From Candidatus Woesearchaeota archaeon (GTDB lineage: Archaea > Nanobdellota > Nanobdellia > Woesearchaeales > GW2011-AR15), in assembly GCA_038874655.1 (NCBI GenBank), contig JAVZBY010000004.1:18645-82644 (forward strand): 64,000 bases of DNA, written 5' to 3'. Made by a program: the position numbers and the translations under genes. The notes under the pieces are model-generated. The model saw only the letters and a program-made list of their open reading frames with translations, did not search any database and was not told the origin of the DNA. Shown piece after piece: positions 51,000-61,080 of the stretch (positions within the stretch are counted from its first letter, which is position 1; each line of letters begins with the position of its first letter).

Positions 51000-52304
51000 T
51001 CAAATTATCAACTTACAGACTCTGTTTTCATCTAATGATTTAAATTTTCTAAATTCATCTAAAAAATATAAAGCTAAACTACGCAGTTTAAGAATATCTA
51101 AAAGCAAATTAGTATGTTTCTCTTTTAATAATTTGTTAATATCTAATATTAAAAACTTAGGTGATGAGTCTTTATAGCGATTTATTCGATATTCTATATA
51201 GTTTTTTAATTCTGATTCATCAATTCCTTCATCATTAGGAATTTCTAAAAGATTCAATATTTCCTCAAGATTTTTAATTCCAATACCACATAACTTCCCA
51301 TATAAAGAACTCAACTCTACTGTATCCATGCCTAACCATTTTTCTTTTACTTTTTCAGAACTTTTAGAAAGAACGATTTTCATTCTCCTATTAAAACGAA
51401 ATAAAAAATAGTCAATAGTTTGAATTATTAATAAAAGTTTAAACGCATCCTTACATATATTAAATCTAGCTTTTTTTATTTCTTCAGCAGTCCCATATTT
51501 TGGTTTTGAATTTGTATTATCCCATTTATCATATCCCTTGATTAAAATTAGATAATACCCTGAAAAATCATTTATATTTAACTTCTTTGATGCAGAACAT
51601 AACATCCTTATAATATACTTATTATAACCCACATAGCCTCTATGTGTTAAAGCGTTTAAATAAAATCTTAAGATTTCTTTCTTCTTTTCTTCCATAATAC
51701 CTAAATTTTTAATATAGGTATCTATAAATTCTATTAATAATTTATCATAAACTTTTTTTCTTTCACTTCTCTTTGGATTTAAATCCGAGTCTGTCAATCC
51801 CACGAGATCAATTTCTTCTTTAGTTAATTCTTTCCCTTTATAATATTTAATTAAAATTTTATGTTGCGGGGAGTCTTCAATAGTATCATGACTTAATGCT
51901 GCTAAGATTACTAAAAAGTCAGTTGTTCCTAACATTGCTGCTACAGTAATTGGATGAGAAACTACTAAAGCAGGTCCGTATTTTCTTTTTTTTGGTGAAC
52001 ATTCCTTAAAATCCCAAGAAATTGTAAGTGCTGCACAAGCACTTCTAGCAAGTATAATTTTTTCTAAATCACTTAAATGTCTTATATCTATTATTGCATT
52101 TAATTGTTCAATAACCTCTTGTAAATCCTCATAACCTAAGTCACTTAAACTTTTAATAGTTCCATTAATTTGATAATTAAAATTTTTAGAATAGGGTTTA
52201 GGCCATAAATCTATATTCAAATGTGATGAAATTAGAAATTTAACTATTTCATAATTTCTCTCAACATTAATTCCATAGTTTTGTTTTTGGGAGTAAATAT
52301 TCAC
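51000..52304 (-). CDS. RelA/SpoT-type HD-domain (alarmone hydrolase-like) protein
   Basis: RKYG...SHPITVA...AALSHDTIED...IKGYDKWDN. Confidence 0.65.
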   Translation of the reverse strand: MNIYSQKQNYGINVERNYEIVKFLISSHLNIDLWPKPYSKNFNYQINGTIKSLSDLGYEDLQEVIEQLNAIIDIRHLSDLEKIILARSACAALTISWDFKECSPKKRKYGPALVVSHPITVAAMLGTTDFLVILAALSHDTIEDSPQHKILIKYYKGKELTKEEIDLVGLTDSDLNPKRSERKKVYDKLLIEFIDTYIKNLGIMEEKKKEILRFYLNALTHRGYVGYNKYIIRMLCSASKKLNINDFSGYYLILIKGYDKWDNTNSKPKYGTAEEIKKARFNICKDAFKLLLIIQTIDYFLFRFNRRMKIVLSKSSEKVKEKWLGMDTVELSSLYGKLCGIGIKNLEEILNLLEIPNDEGIDESELKNYIEYRINRYKDSSPKFLILDINKLLKEKHTNLLLDILKLRSLALYFLDEFRKFKSLDENRVCKLII

Positions 52305-52474
52305 AAATTAGTTGTAAAAAAAAGTTATATTTATTTCTTCCTAAATTTATCATTTATAAATTTTTCTATTTAAAAAAATTTTATAATTTAGTAACTCATA
52401 ATTAAGATAATTGTAAATTACAAAAAGTAGCTTATAACAAAACTTATAAACATTTTATCTTTTCATGTTATAAA

Positions 52475-53932
52475 ATGCCTAAGAAAAAACAAGATTCAAA
52501 AGAAGATAATGATATACAAAATAAAAAAGAAATTTCCTCTCATAATTCTATAGAAAAAGATAAATTAAAAAAATCAAAAAAAATCTCAAAAAAAGAAAAA
52601 AATGATGAAAAACAGAAAGAAAACATTGCTGAGATAAAAAATGAGAATTTAGAAAAAACAAATGAACTAACAACAGAAAAAATATCTCAAAAAAAAGAAG
52701 AAAAAGAGAATTTACAACCAGAATTAAACATAGGCTTAGTAGGTCATGTTGATCATGGAAAAACTACATTAACAGAAAAATTAACTGGGAAATGGACAGA
52801 CACACATTCTGAAGAAATAAAAAGAGGTATTACAATAAGATTAGGTTATGCTGATGCAACTTTTAGAAAATGTAATGAATGTCCTGAGCCAGATTGTTAT
52901 ACAACAAAAGAAACATGTAAAAAAGGGCATAAAGCAAACTTTTTAAGAAAAGTTTCATTTGTAGATGCTCCTGGTCATGAATCATTAATGGCAACAATGT
53001 TATCTGGAGCAACCTTAATGGATGGCGCTCTTTTGTTAATTGCTGCAAATGAAGAATGTCCACAACCTCAAACAAGAGAGCATTTAATGGCTTTAAAAAT
53101 AATGGGTATTAAAAACATTGTTATTGTACAAAACAAAATTGATTTAGTAAGTGAGGAACAAGCCTTAAAAAACTATAATCAAATAAAAGAATTTTTAAAA
53201 AATACTGAATATGAAAATGCTCCTATAATTCCTGTTTCTGCTCAGCATAATATAAATGTAGATGCCATAATAGAAGCAATCCAAAAATATATTCCTACTC
53301 CAGAAAGAAATGAAAACTCAAATCCTATAATGTTTGTTGCAAGGTCTTTTGATATAAACAAACCTGGAACTTTACCAAAAGACATGAAAGGTGGTGTTCT
53401 AGGAGGTGCTTTACAACAGGGAATTTTGAAAGTGGGTGATGAAATAGAAATAAGACCAGGCAGAGTCTATGAAGAAGCAAATAAAAAAGTTTGGAAACCT
53501 ATAAAAACAAAAATATTAAGTTTAATGACAGGAAATACTAAAGTTGATTCTGTAAAACCCGGTGGCTCAATTGCTGTAATGACACCTTTAGATCCTAGCA
53601 TTGTCAAATCTGATAGTTTAACTGGTAATATTGTTGGATTACCTGATAAATTACCTCCTGTATGGGACACACTAAAACTAGAAGTCCATTTATTGGAAAG
53701 AGTTGTTGGTTCAAAAGAAGATTTAAAAGTAGATTCTATAAAAATGTCAGAAGTTTTAATGTTGAATGTCAATTCTGCTGCAACAGTCGGTTTTGTAACA
53801 AAACTTAGTAAAAACATTATTGAATGTAAATTAAAACTGCCTGTTTGTGCTGAAAAAGAATCAAGAGTCACAATTTCTAGAAGAATGGGCACAAGATTTA
53901 GGTTAATTGGTTATGGTATTATTAAAGAGTGA
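52475..53932 (+). CDS. eif2g: Translation initiation factor aIF2 gamma (with a K/E-rich N-terminal extension)
   Basis: GHVDHGKTT; RGITIRLGY; DAPGHE; PQPQTREH; NKID; RLIGYG. Confidence 0.97.
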   Translation: MPKKKQDSKEDNDIQNKKEISSHNSIEKDKLKKSKKISKKEKNDEKQKENIAEIKNENLEKTNELTTEKISQKKEEKENLQPELNIGLVGHVDHGKTTLTEKLTGKWTDTHSEEIKRGITIRLGYADATFRKCNECPEPDCYTTKETCKKGHKANFLRKVSFVDAPGHESLMATMLSGATLMDGALLLIAANEECPQPQTREHLMALKIMGIKNIVIVQNKIDLVSEEQALKNYNQIKEFLKNTEYENAPIIPVSAQHNINVDAIIEAIQKYIPTPERNENSNPIMFVARSFDINKPGTLPKDMKGGVLGGALQQGILKVGDEIEIRPGRVYEEANKKVWKPIKTKILSLMTGNTKVDSVKPGGSIAVMTPLDPSIVKSDSLTGNIVGLPDKLPPVWDTLKLEVHLLERVVGSKEDLKVDSIKMSEVLMLNVNSAATVGFVTKLSKNIIECKLKLPVCAEKESRVTISRRMGTRFRLIGYGIIKE

Positions 53933-53981
53933 TTCTTCTTAAAAGAATAAAAATATAAACTACTTAATTATTTTTCTCTTT

Positions 53982-54596
53982 ATGGATTTGTCTAATTTAT
54001 CACCTGAAGAAATTATTGAACTACAAAAAAAGAATTGTATATTCTGTAAAATAATTAAAAGAGAGATTCCAAGTTATGAAATTTATAGAGATGATAAAGT
54101 AATTGTAATTTTGGATATAAACCCTGCTAATGAGGGACATTGTTTAATATTACCTATACAACATTATCAAATATTACCACAAATTCCTGAAAATATTATT
54201 TCTCATATGGCCATTATAGCAAAAAGAACCTCTAAATTAATGTTAAAATCCTTAGGTATAAAAGGCACAAGTGTTTTTATTGCAAATGGTGCAATTGCAG
54301 GTCAAAAATCACCTCATTTTATGATCCATTTAATTCCGAGAAAACCTAATGATATGCTATTTCAGTTAAATAAAAAAAATGTGGATATAAAAAAATTAGA
54401 AGAAATAAAAACAAAATTATTTGTAAAAATGTCTCAATTAAGTGGAAAACAAATACAAATAGAGCATAACTCTGAAGAAAATGAAAACAGTAAAGAAAGC
54501 ATAAAAGATAATGACAAAGAAAGTAGTGTTCAAAAAAATAATGTGAGAAATGAAAAAATAGATATTGATAAAATTTCAAAATTATTTGGGCAATAA
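53982..54596 (+). CDS. HIT-family protein with degenerate triad (HFMIH)
   Basis: CIFCKI; LDINPANEGHCLILP; AGQKSPHFMIHLIPR. Confidence 0.85.
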   Translation: MDLSNLSPEEIIELQKKNCIFCKIIKREIPSYEIYRDDKVIVILDINPANEGHCLILPIQHYQILPQIPENIISHMAIIAKRTSKLMLKSLGIKGTSVFIANGAIAGQKSPHFMIHLIPRKPNDMLFQLNKKNVDIKKLEEIKTKLFVKMSQLSGKQIQIEHNSEENENSKESIKDNDKESSVQKNNVRNEKIDIDKISKLFGQ

Positions 54597-54612
54597 AATA
54601 AAAAGGTGAAAA

Positions 54613-55128
54613 ATGAGCTGTGATGTTTGTAAGATTTTAGAAAATAAAAAAGAATTTCAATTAATTTATGAAGATGAGGTATGTTTTGCTATATTACATG
54701 AAAGTCCAGCTATTGAAGGTCATACTTTAGTAATTCCAAAAAAACATACCCCTATTTTAGAAGAAGCCGATGATCAAACAATTGCTCATTTATTTAATAT
54801 TGCAAATAAAATTTCTACTGCTATATTTGAAACACTTGGTTCTTTTGGAACAAACATTTTAATAAACAATGGTCTCTCTGCTGGTCAGGATTTACCACAT
54901 CTTATATTAAATGTTTTACCAAGAAAAGAAAATGATAACATCAATTTAGAATGGAATGCTAAAAAAGCATCTGAAAATGAACTAAAAACAATTCAATCAA
55001 TACTTAAAACTTATAGTGATTATATCTATTCTGGACAAGAAAAAAAAACAGAAGTAAAAATAAAAGAAGAATCGAATAATGAAAAAAAAGAAGATTATTC
55101 AATAAAATCTTTAAGAAGAATGCCTTAA
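54613..55128 (+). CDS. HIT-family protein with degenerate triad (HLILN)
   Basis: CDVCKI; EGHTLVIPKKH; AGQDLPHLILNVLPR. Confidence 0.85.
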   Translation: MSCDVCKILENKKEFQLIYEDEVCFAILHESPAIEGHTLVIPKKHTPILEEADDQTIAHLFNIANKISTAIFETLGSFGTNILINNGLSAGQDLPHLILNVLPRKENDNINLEWNAKKASENELKTIQSILKTYSDYIYSGQEKKTEVKIKEESNNEKKEDYSIKSLRRMP

Positions 55129-55159
55129 TAAAAAATTAAAAAAGTTTTAATTAATAAAA

Positions 55160-55702
55160 TTAAGGTCCTAATATTTGTATATTATCATCCCAAGTAGTGG
55201 TATTGCAATTACTAAAGTATTTTATTTGTTCTTTTGTCCATTCTAAATTTGGCTCATCACAAGAAATTATTTGAGATCCAGCATTTCCTGGAATTTTTGG
55301 ATATAATTTTATTTTCTCAATTTTTGAGTAATTATTTATTGAAGAGATATCATATTTTAGATCTACAAAACTATTTTTGCTTACACCTGCTGTTTTTCCA
55401 TCAATTGTAATGATATTATCTGCAAAAAAGACTATTCTAAAATCTGAAATATCTTGTCCTTTATTTTCTAAAGATATTGCAAAGACAGAATCATTAATAC
55501 ATATTCTATATTTATTACCCAAAGTTATTGGAGTTAACTCTACATCACTAGTACATCTCAAAATGCCTTGTTGTTTTGTTGTAGCATCAATACTTTCTTG
55601 ATTTATACCTTGAATTAAAACCATAACAGCAGCACCAATAGAAACAACAATCATAACTAATAATACAGTAGCAATTAAAGGAGAAACACCTCTTTTATTC
55701 AT
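55160..55702 (-). CDS. Archaeal type IV pilin-like protein (class III signal peptide)
   Basis: MNKRG/VSPLIATVLLVMIVV. Confidence 0.88.
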   Translation of the reverse strand: MNKRGVSPLIATVLLVMIVVSIGAAVMVLIQGINQESIDATTKQQGILRCTSDVELTPITLGNKYRICINDSVFAISLENKGQDISDFRIVFFADNIITIDGKTAGVSKNSFVDLKYDISSINNYSKIEKIKLYPKIPGNAGSQIISCDEPNLEWTKEQIKYFSNCNTTTWDDNIQILGP

Positions 55703-55887
55703 ATTTTCACCTATTCAAATCATTTTTTTAATATTTAATTATAATAAAAGAGTATAATTTCTTATATAAATATTTCGAATTTAAAAAACAAATCTGAATA
55801 ACTGAACACATCATTTTCTAAGATAACTAACCTATTTAAAATAGATTATCCGCAATCTTTTTAAATATTTTGACTTTCCAAAACATT

Positions 55888-56145
55888 ATGGAAGCAACAA
55901 TTTTAAGTTATAGAAGAGGAAGAAAAACTCAAACAACAAATCAAGTAATATTAAAAATTGATAACATTGATTCTAAAGAAAAAGCAGAAAAATTAATCGG
56001 CAAAGAAGTTGTTTATGAGACTGAAACAAAGAAACAAATAAAAGGAAAAATTACTTCTGTTCATGGAAGAAAAGGAAATTTAAGAGCATTATTTGAAAAA
56101 GGTTTGCCTGGACAAGCAATCACACAAAAAGTAAAAATAATTTAG
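55888..56145 (+). CDS. rpl35ae: 50S ribosomal protein eL33 (L35Ae)
   Basis: YRRGRKTQ; GKITSVHGRKG..RA.F..GLPGQA. Confidence 0.93.
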   Translation: MEATILSYRRGRKTQTTNQVILKIDNIDSKEKAEKLIGKEVVYETETKKQIKGKITSVHGRKGNLRALFEKGLPGQAITQKVKII

Positions 56146-56199
56146 TTATAGTTTCTCATTTTTATAAATAATTTTTAATTAATTTATTTGGTTTTGATA

Positions 56200-56973
56200 T
56201 TATACCTTTATTAATTCTGTAGTTGAGTATTGCTTTGAAATATAAGTTTTATATTTTTCATTAGTGAGATTCATGAAAGTATTAAAAGCTAATTCATGTG
56301 TATTATTTATTTTACTTAAATGAGATAATACAACTTTCTCTAAATTTTCAGTTGCATTATTTTTAACAAAAAGTGAAGCATCAATATTAGATAAATGTCC
56401 CTTATTACTTAAAATTCTCTGTTTTAAATTATATGGATATGGTCCATTTATTAACATATCAATGTCATGATTTGATTCTATAATAATTGCATTAGAGTTT
56501 TTTATTGCATTAATATTATTTTCATTTGGCTTTCCTAAGTCTGTCATTATAGAAACAACTTTTTTTGTTTTAATATCTTCAATTGTAAATCCACATGGCT
56601 CAATAGCATCATGTTCCTGTCTAAAAGGCAATATTTCAAAATCACTTATTAAAAATTTTTTGTTTGTTTCAAAAAGAGTTGGTTTTATCCTTAAATCAGA
56701 AAATTCATAAGTTGCTCTGTTCATAAAAATTGGAATTTCCTCTCTAAATAATTTTTCAACACCTTTTATGTGATCTGTATGCTCATGTGAAATTATAACA
56801 GCTTTTATTTCATTTATTTCTTTACCTATTTTGGATAATCTTTTTTTTAATTCTTTATATGAAAATCCTGCATCAACTAAAATAGAAATTTCATCATTTT
56901 CAATCAAAAACGAATTACCACTACTTCCGCTACCAATTACACAAATATTCATAGATATTTCAAAAAAATACAA
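56200..56973 (-). CDS. MBL-fold hydrolase, YycJ/WalJ-like
   Basis: GSGSSGN; SHEHTDH; TDLG; ESNHD; GHLSN; LSHLS. Confidence 0.9.
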   Translation of the reverse strand: MYFFEISMNICVIGSGSSGNSFLIENDEISILVDAGFSYKELKKRLSKIGKEINEIKAVIISHEHTDHIKGVEKLFREEIPIFMNRATYEFSDLRIKPTLFETNKKFLISDFEILPFRQEHDAIEPCGFTIEDIKTKKVVSIMTDLGKPNENNINAIKNSNAIIIESNHDIDMLINGPYPYNLKQRILSNKGHLSNIDASLFVKNNATENLEKVVLSHLSKINNTHELAFNTFMNLTNEKYKTYISKQYSTTELIKV

Positions 56974-57045
56974 TAATATAAATTTTTTTAAAAAAAAATT
57001 TTTAATTTAAAAAAATGAAAACTAATTTGCGAAAAAATTCATTAA

Positions 57046-57459
57046 TCAAAATCTCAATGTTGAGGGTAATAAAGGTAATATTATAGAAGCTATTGGTCTA
57101 GCTAATATACCTAATACAAAGATTATTGCTCCGATCATTAAAGTATGTTCAAATCTTTCTCCAACTCTACCTGCAATAGCAGCAGCTGCAGAAATTTTTA
57201 ACATTGCTATTATTGAAACAACTGCAATAGCACCATAGTGAATAAAAATATTTGAAGTTCCAATTTTAATAAAGTGCAATGCCCAATCAATATTCATACT
57301 AACAAAAGTAAATAATATAGCAAAGGGAAATGCATGTAATCCATGACTAAACCAACCCATTCCTATTTCATCAGAGTGTACAAAAAACATTTCAATAATA
57401 CCAACTACAACACCTAATATAAAAGCAGGCATTATAATCAAAGATGCTTCTGTTGCCAT
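57046..57459 (-). CDS. Hypothetical membrane protein
   Basis: About 4 TM segments with His-containing loops (FFVHSDE, HGLHA). Confidence 0.75.
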   Translation of the reverse strand: MATEASLIIMPAFILGVVVGIIEMFFVHSDEIGMGWFSHGLHAFPFAILFTFVSMNIDWALHFIKIGTSNIFIHYGAIAVVSIIAMLKISAAAAIAGRVGERFEHTLMIGAIIFVLGILARPIASIILPLLPSTLRF

Positions 57460-57549
57460 ATTTAAATTAATTAATATCTCCTATTTAAATTTTTGTTTTT
57501 TTAAAAAAATTTTTAAAAAGAATTATAAAAAAAGTATTAAAGAGAATTT

Positions 57550-58155
57550 TCATATTTCTATAATCTTTCCATGTCTACCAACATTTAATATTTTTGTTTT
57601 ACCAATTATTTCTTCTATACCCTCTGCTTCATGGACATGACTACAAATCATAATATCTGGTTTAAATGCTTCAATTGCTTTTTTTACACCTTCACTTCCT
57701 GGAACAAATTGAGAAAGTTTCTCCATCTTTGTATTAGTTGGATGCACATGTGTGACCATTATTTTTTTATCCAAATATTTTATTTTTTCATATCCCTGTT
57801 TTAATAAGTCATAAATTTCTTTATCTGTCATTTTATTTTTTGGCCCTATATTAGCACCACCACAACCAAAAATACCAATATTCTCATATCTAACTGAATA
57901 ACCATGTATATTTTTTACACCATACATCTCTGCTAAAAAATCAATAGTAGCAACAGTCTCATGATTACCTGGGATTAATAAAACCTTTTTATTTCTCTTT
58001 ACAAAGGGACCAATGATATTATCTGTATTCATCTCATGAAAAGTTAAATCACCACACAATATAACTAAATCAACATTTTCTTTTTCAGCTTTTTGAGCTA
58101 GTTTCTCAGCTAGTGTTTGATCACTATGAATATCACCTGCAGCGAGTATTTTCAT
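57550..58155 (-). CDS. Calcineurin-like metallophosphoesterase
   Basis: GDIH; CGDL; PGNHE; THVHP; SHVHE. Confidence 0.92.
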   Translation of the reverse strand: MKILAAGDIHSDQTLAEKLAQKAEKENVDLVILCGDLTFHEMNTDNIIGPFVKRNKKVLLIPGNHETVATIDFLAEMYGVKNIHGYSVRYENIGIFGCGGANIGPKNKMTDKEIYDLLKQGYEKIKYLDKKIMVTHVHPTNTKMEKLSQFVPGSEGVKKAIEAFKPDIMICSHVHEAEGIEEIIGKTKILNVGRHGKIIEI

Positions 58156-58505
58156 TTATATCACCTTATAAATTAATTATAATTCATTAAAAATTTAACT
58201 AAATAAACATAATAAATTAATTAAAATAAAATATTTATGTTTTTAAAAATATATATTTGAAATATAAAAAACTTTCACATTTAAAAATTAAAAAAATTCT
58301 TCATATATAATCACCAAAAAATATTTAAACACTAATTAAATTATAATAATCAACACAAAGACCAAGGGTTTTTTTGGAAACTTTTATGTTTCCTTATTTC
58401 TTTTTTAAAAATGATAAAAAAAGCAAAAATTATAATCTAAACAAGCAATCTTTATAAATCATTCTTTTTTCTAACTAGAATATTATAATTTTGGAGGTAA
58501 TTATA

Positions 58506-58685
58506 ATGAGAAAAGAACCTAATTCAAAATTCATAAAAGTAAGATGTCCTAAATGTAAAAATGAACAAATAATCTTTGGAAAAGCATCACAAAAAGTAAA
58601 ATGCTTAGTTTGTGAAAGAGAAATTGCAGAACCTACAGGTGGAAAAATAAGAGTAAAAGCAAGAATCCTAGAGGTTTTAGAGTAA
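58506..58685 (+). CDS. rps27e: 30S ribosomal protein eS27
   Basis: CPKCKNEQ...CLVC...PTGGK; GGAGGT SD. Confidence 0.96.
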   Translation: MRKEPNSKFIKVRCPKCKNEQIIFGKASQKVKCLVCEREIAEPTGGKIRVKARILEVLE

Positions 58686-58734
58686 ATTAAATTTTCCATT
58701 TATTATAAAAATAAAAACTAACAAAAATAAAAAA

Positions 58735-59502
58735 ATGTACTATAGAAAAAAAGGATTTCCAGAAGAATCTGAGATTGTAATGTGCACTGTAACTAGCGTT
58801 CAATTTAGTTCTGTTTTCGTAAATATTGATGAATATGATCTTCAAGGAATGATACACATTTCTGAGATTGCAGCAGGTAGAATTAGAAACATAAGAGATT
58901 ATGTAAAAGAAGGAAAAAAAATTGTTTGTAAAGTTTTAAGAGTTAATAAAGAAAAAAAACAAGTTGATTTATCTTTAAGAAGAGTTAATGAAAAAGAAAG
59001 AAAAGAAAAAGTTAATCAAATAAAATTAGAACAAAAAGCAGAAGCAATCCTAGACCATGTAGCAAAAGAAAATAAAATAGAAACAAAAAAATTATACGAT
59101 GAACTTTCAACTATTTTATTAAATGATTATGAATACTTACATAATGCTTTTGAAGATATTGTAGTTGGTAATTTAAAATTAAAGGAATTAAAATTAAAAA
59201 TAGATGAAAAAGTATTAAATGAAATTGAAGAATTAGTTAATTTAAGATTTAAACCACAACATATTGAGATTAAAGGAGTCATAACTTTAACCTCTTATGA
59301 AAGTAATGGCGTTGAAATAATAAAAGAGGCTTTGTTAGAGGCAGAAAAAACAGGTTGTGAAATAAAATATTTAGGCGGCGGAAAATATGAGATTTCAGTA
59401 AAAAGCACAGATTATAAAGAAGCTGAGACAACATTAAAAAAAGCAACTGAAATTATAGAACAAAAAGTAAAAAACAAAGCTTACTATGAATTCAAAAGAT
59501 AA
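58735..59502 (+). CDS. eif2a: Translation initiation factor aIF2 alpha
   Basis: S1 domain GMIHISEIA.GRIRNIRD; DLSLRRV; synteny with rps27e and nop10. Confidence 0.95.
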   Translation: MYYRKKGFPEESEIVMCTVTSVQFSSVFVNIDEYDLQGMIHISEIAAGRIRNIRDYVKEGKKIVCKVLRVNKEKKQVDLSLRRVNEKERKEKVNQIKLEQKAEAILDHVAKENKIETKKLYDELSTILLNDYEYLHNAFEDIVVGNLKLKELKLKIDEKVLNEIEELVNLRFKPQHIEIKGVITLTSYESNGVEIIKEALLEAEKTGCEIKYLGGGKYEISVKSTDYKEAETTLKKATEIIEQKVKNKAYYEFKR

Positions 59503-59509
59503 TAGAAAA

Positions 59510-59686
59510 ATGAAACATATAAAAAAATGCATAAACTGCAATATTTATACTCTTTCTGATACATGTGAAAAATGCAATACAAAAACAATAATTCCAAAAC
59601 CACCAAAATACTCTCCAGAAGATAAATATGGTGATTATAGAAGACAAGCAAAAGAAACAGAAAGAAAAGAAAAAGATTTAATATAG
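59510..59686 (+). CDS. nop10: H/ACA RNP protein Nop10
   Basis: CxxC...YTL...CxxC...PPKYSPEDKYGDYRR. Confidence 0.95.
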   Translation: MKHIKKCINCNIYTLSDTCEKCNTKTIIPKPPKYSPEDKYGDYRRQAKETERKEKDLI

Positions 59687-59759
59687 GATTCTACTTTTAT
59701 ACAAAAAAATAAAGTAAAAAAAATTAGAATAAGAAACTTTTTCAAAAAATAATTTTTTA

Positions 59760-59831
59760 GGGCTCATAGCTCAATGGTAGAGCGTTCCTTTCGCTGAGGA
59801 AAGGCTGTGGGTTCAAATCCCACTGAGTCCA
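59760..59831 (+). tRNA. tRNA-Ala(CGC)
   Basis: GGGCTCA/TGAGTCC acceptor stem with G3:U70; anticodon arm TTCCT TTCGCTG AGGAA; T-loop TTCAAAT. Confidence 0.93.
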
Positions 59832-59904
59832 TAAAAAATATTTTTGATACTAACGAGTTAAATGATTTTAGAAAAGTTCAAATCCCACTGAGTCCATAAA
59901 AAAT
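59811..59904 (+). repeat. 29-bp direct repeat of the tRNA-Ala 3' end (59811-59839 and 59876-59904), att-like scar
   Basis: GTTCAAATCCCACTGAGTCCATAAAAAAT occurs twice, separated by 36 bp. Confidence 0.9.
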
Positions 59905-59955
59905 TTAAAAAAATAAAAAATTAAGACAAAATAATTTTTAGAAAAAAATTAAAAA

Positions 59956-61071
59956 TTACTCATTCAAATAATAAACCTTGTATTCTGTTTTTTCCTCTTC
60001 TTTTTCACTAATTGCTCCCAATGTGTTTTTATTGCCATCAGGAATCAATTTATTAACTTTAAATTTTTTCTCTTTAACCTCTTTATCTATTTTTTCTTTC
60101 TTGTTTTTTTTTAAATTTTCTTTACTTTGCTTAGATTTTTTTTCAACAATTGATTCAACTACAATTGAAGGATTATTCATTTTAACAATAGTTTCTTCTT
60201 TTTTTTGTGATAATTCATAGTTTTGGATTTCATTATTTTTGAATCCACTATCTTGTAATTCACTATTTACAATTTGTTTTGAAATTTCTTCTTCAACAGT
60301 AGTCTCTTTAAATTCTGCTTTTTTAGATTTTAGTTTTTTCATTCTTTTTTGTTCTTTTATAGCTTCCTTTAAAACTTCCTCAATATGATAATCACTAACT
60401 TTGTCATCCCCAATTTCCACAGTAAATCTTAAAACATCTTCGCAATACTCTAATAGTCTTCTTGGATTTTTATTTGCTATTTCAAATATTTTTATTATGG
60501 ATTTATCATCTAATATTTTTATATTTCCTATTCTTTTTCTTACTAAAGCAATAGCTTCTTTATTATTTAATTCCACAGTCTTGATTATATTGTTTTTCAA
60601 AAGTTTGTTTATTTCTTCTGGAAAGGTTACTGCATCATAATCATGTGTCACAAAAACTATACTCTTAATAACACCATCTTTATATGGTTTAATTAAAGAT
60701 TTTGCTTCACTTGATTTCATTAAATGAACTTCATCTAATAAAAAGATTATATTTTTTTCTTGTAGCCCTACTATTTTTTTAAAAAAGGTTTTTGCACCCT
60801 CTAACAAAGTATTCACATCAAAAGAATTATCTGCTAAATTAAAACTATAATAAATAATCTTATTTTTTCCTCTGTAATTTGAAATTATGTTTTTTAAAAT
60901 TGTTGTTTTTCCAGTTCCATATTCTCCTTCTATAAAAACTAATTCGCCTTTATCAATTAATTTAAATATTGATGATAAATCATATGCAATTAAATCTGTA
61001 TCATACATTCCTGGTTTAATGCTAAAAGGATTTGCATAAAATCCTAACTTTTTATACCATAAATCTGTCAT
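59956..61071 (-). CDS. AAA+ ATPase (ExeA/Cdc6-like) with charged C-terminal tail
   Basis: WYKKLGFYANPF; GEYGTGKT; FLLDEVH; NPRRLL. Confidence 0.8.
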   Translation of the reverse strand: MTDLWYKKLGFYANPFSIKPGMYDTDLIAYDLSSIFKLIDKGELVFIEGEYGTGKTTILKNIISNYRGKNKIIYYSFNLADNSFDVNTLLEGAKTFFKKIVGLQEKNIIFLLDEVHLMKSSEAKSLIKPYKDGVIKSIVFVTHDYDAVTFPEEINKLLKNNIIKTVELNNKEAIALVRKRIGNIKILDDKSIIKIFEIANKNPRRLLEYCEDVLRFTVEIGDDKVSDYHIEEVLKEAIKEQKRMKKLKSKKAEFKETTVEEEISKQIVNSELQDSGFKNNEIQNYELSQKKEETIVKMNNPSIVVESIVEKKSKQSKENLKKNKKEKIDKEVKEKKFKVNKLIPDGNKNTLGAISEKEEEKTEYKVYYLNE

Positions 61072-61080
61072 TTTCTCACC

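Noticed and set aside
59811-59904. CRISPR mini-array interpretation of the 29-bp repeat
   Set aside because: Only two copies, one is part of a functional tRNA, and there are no cas genes in the window.
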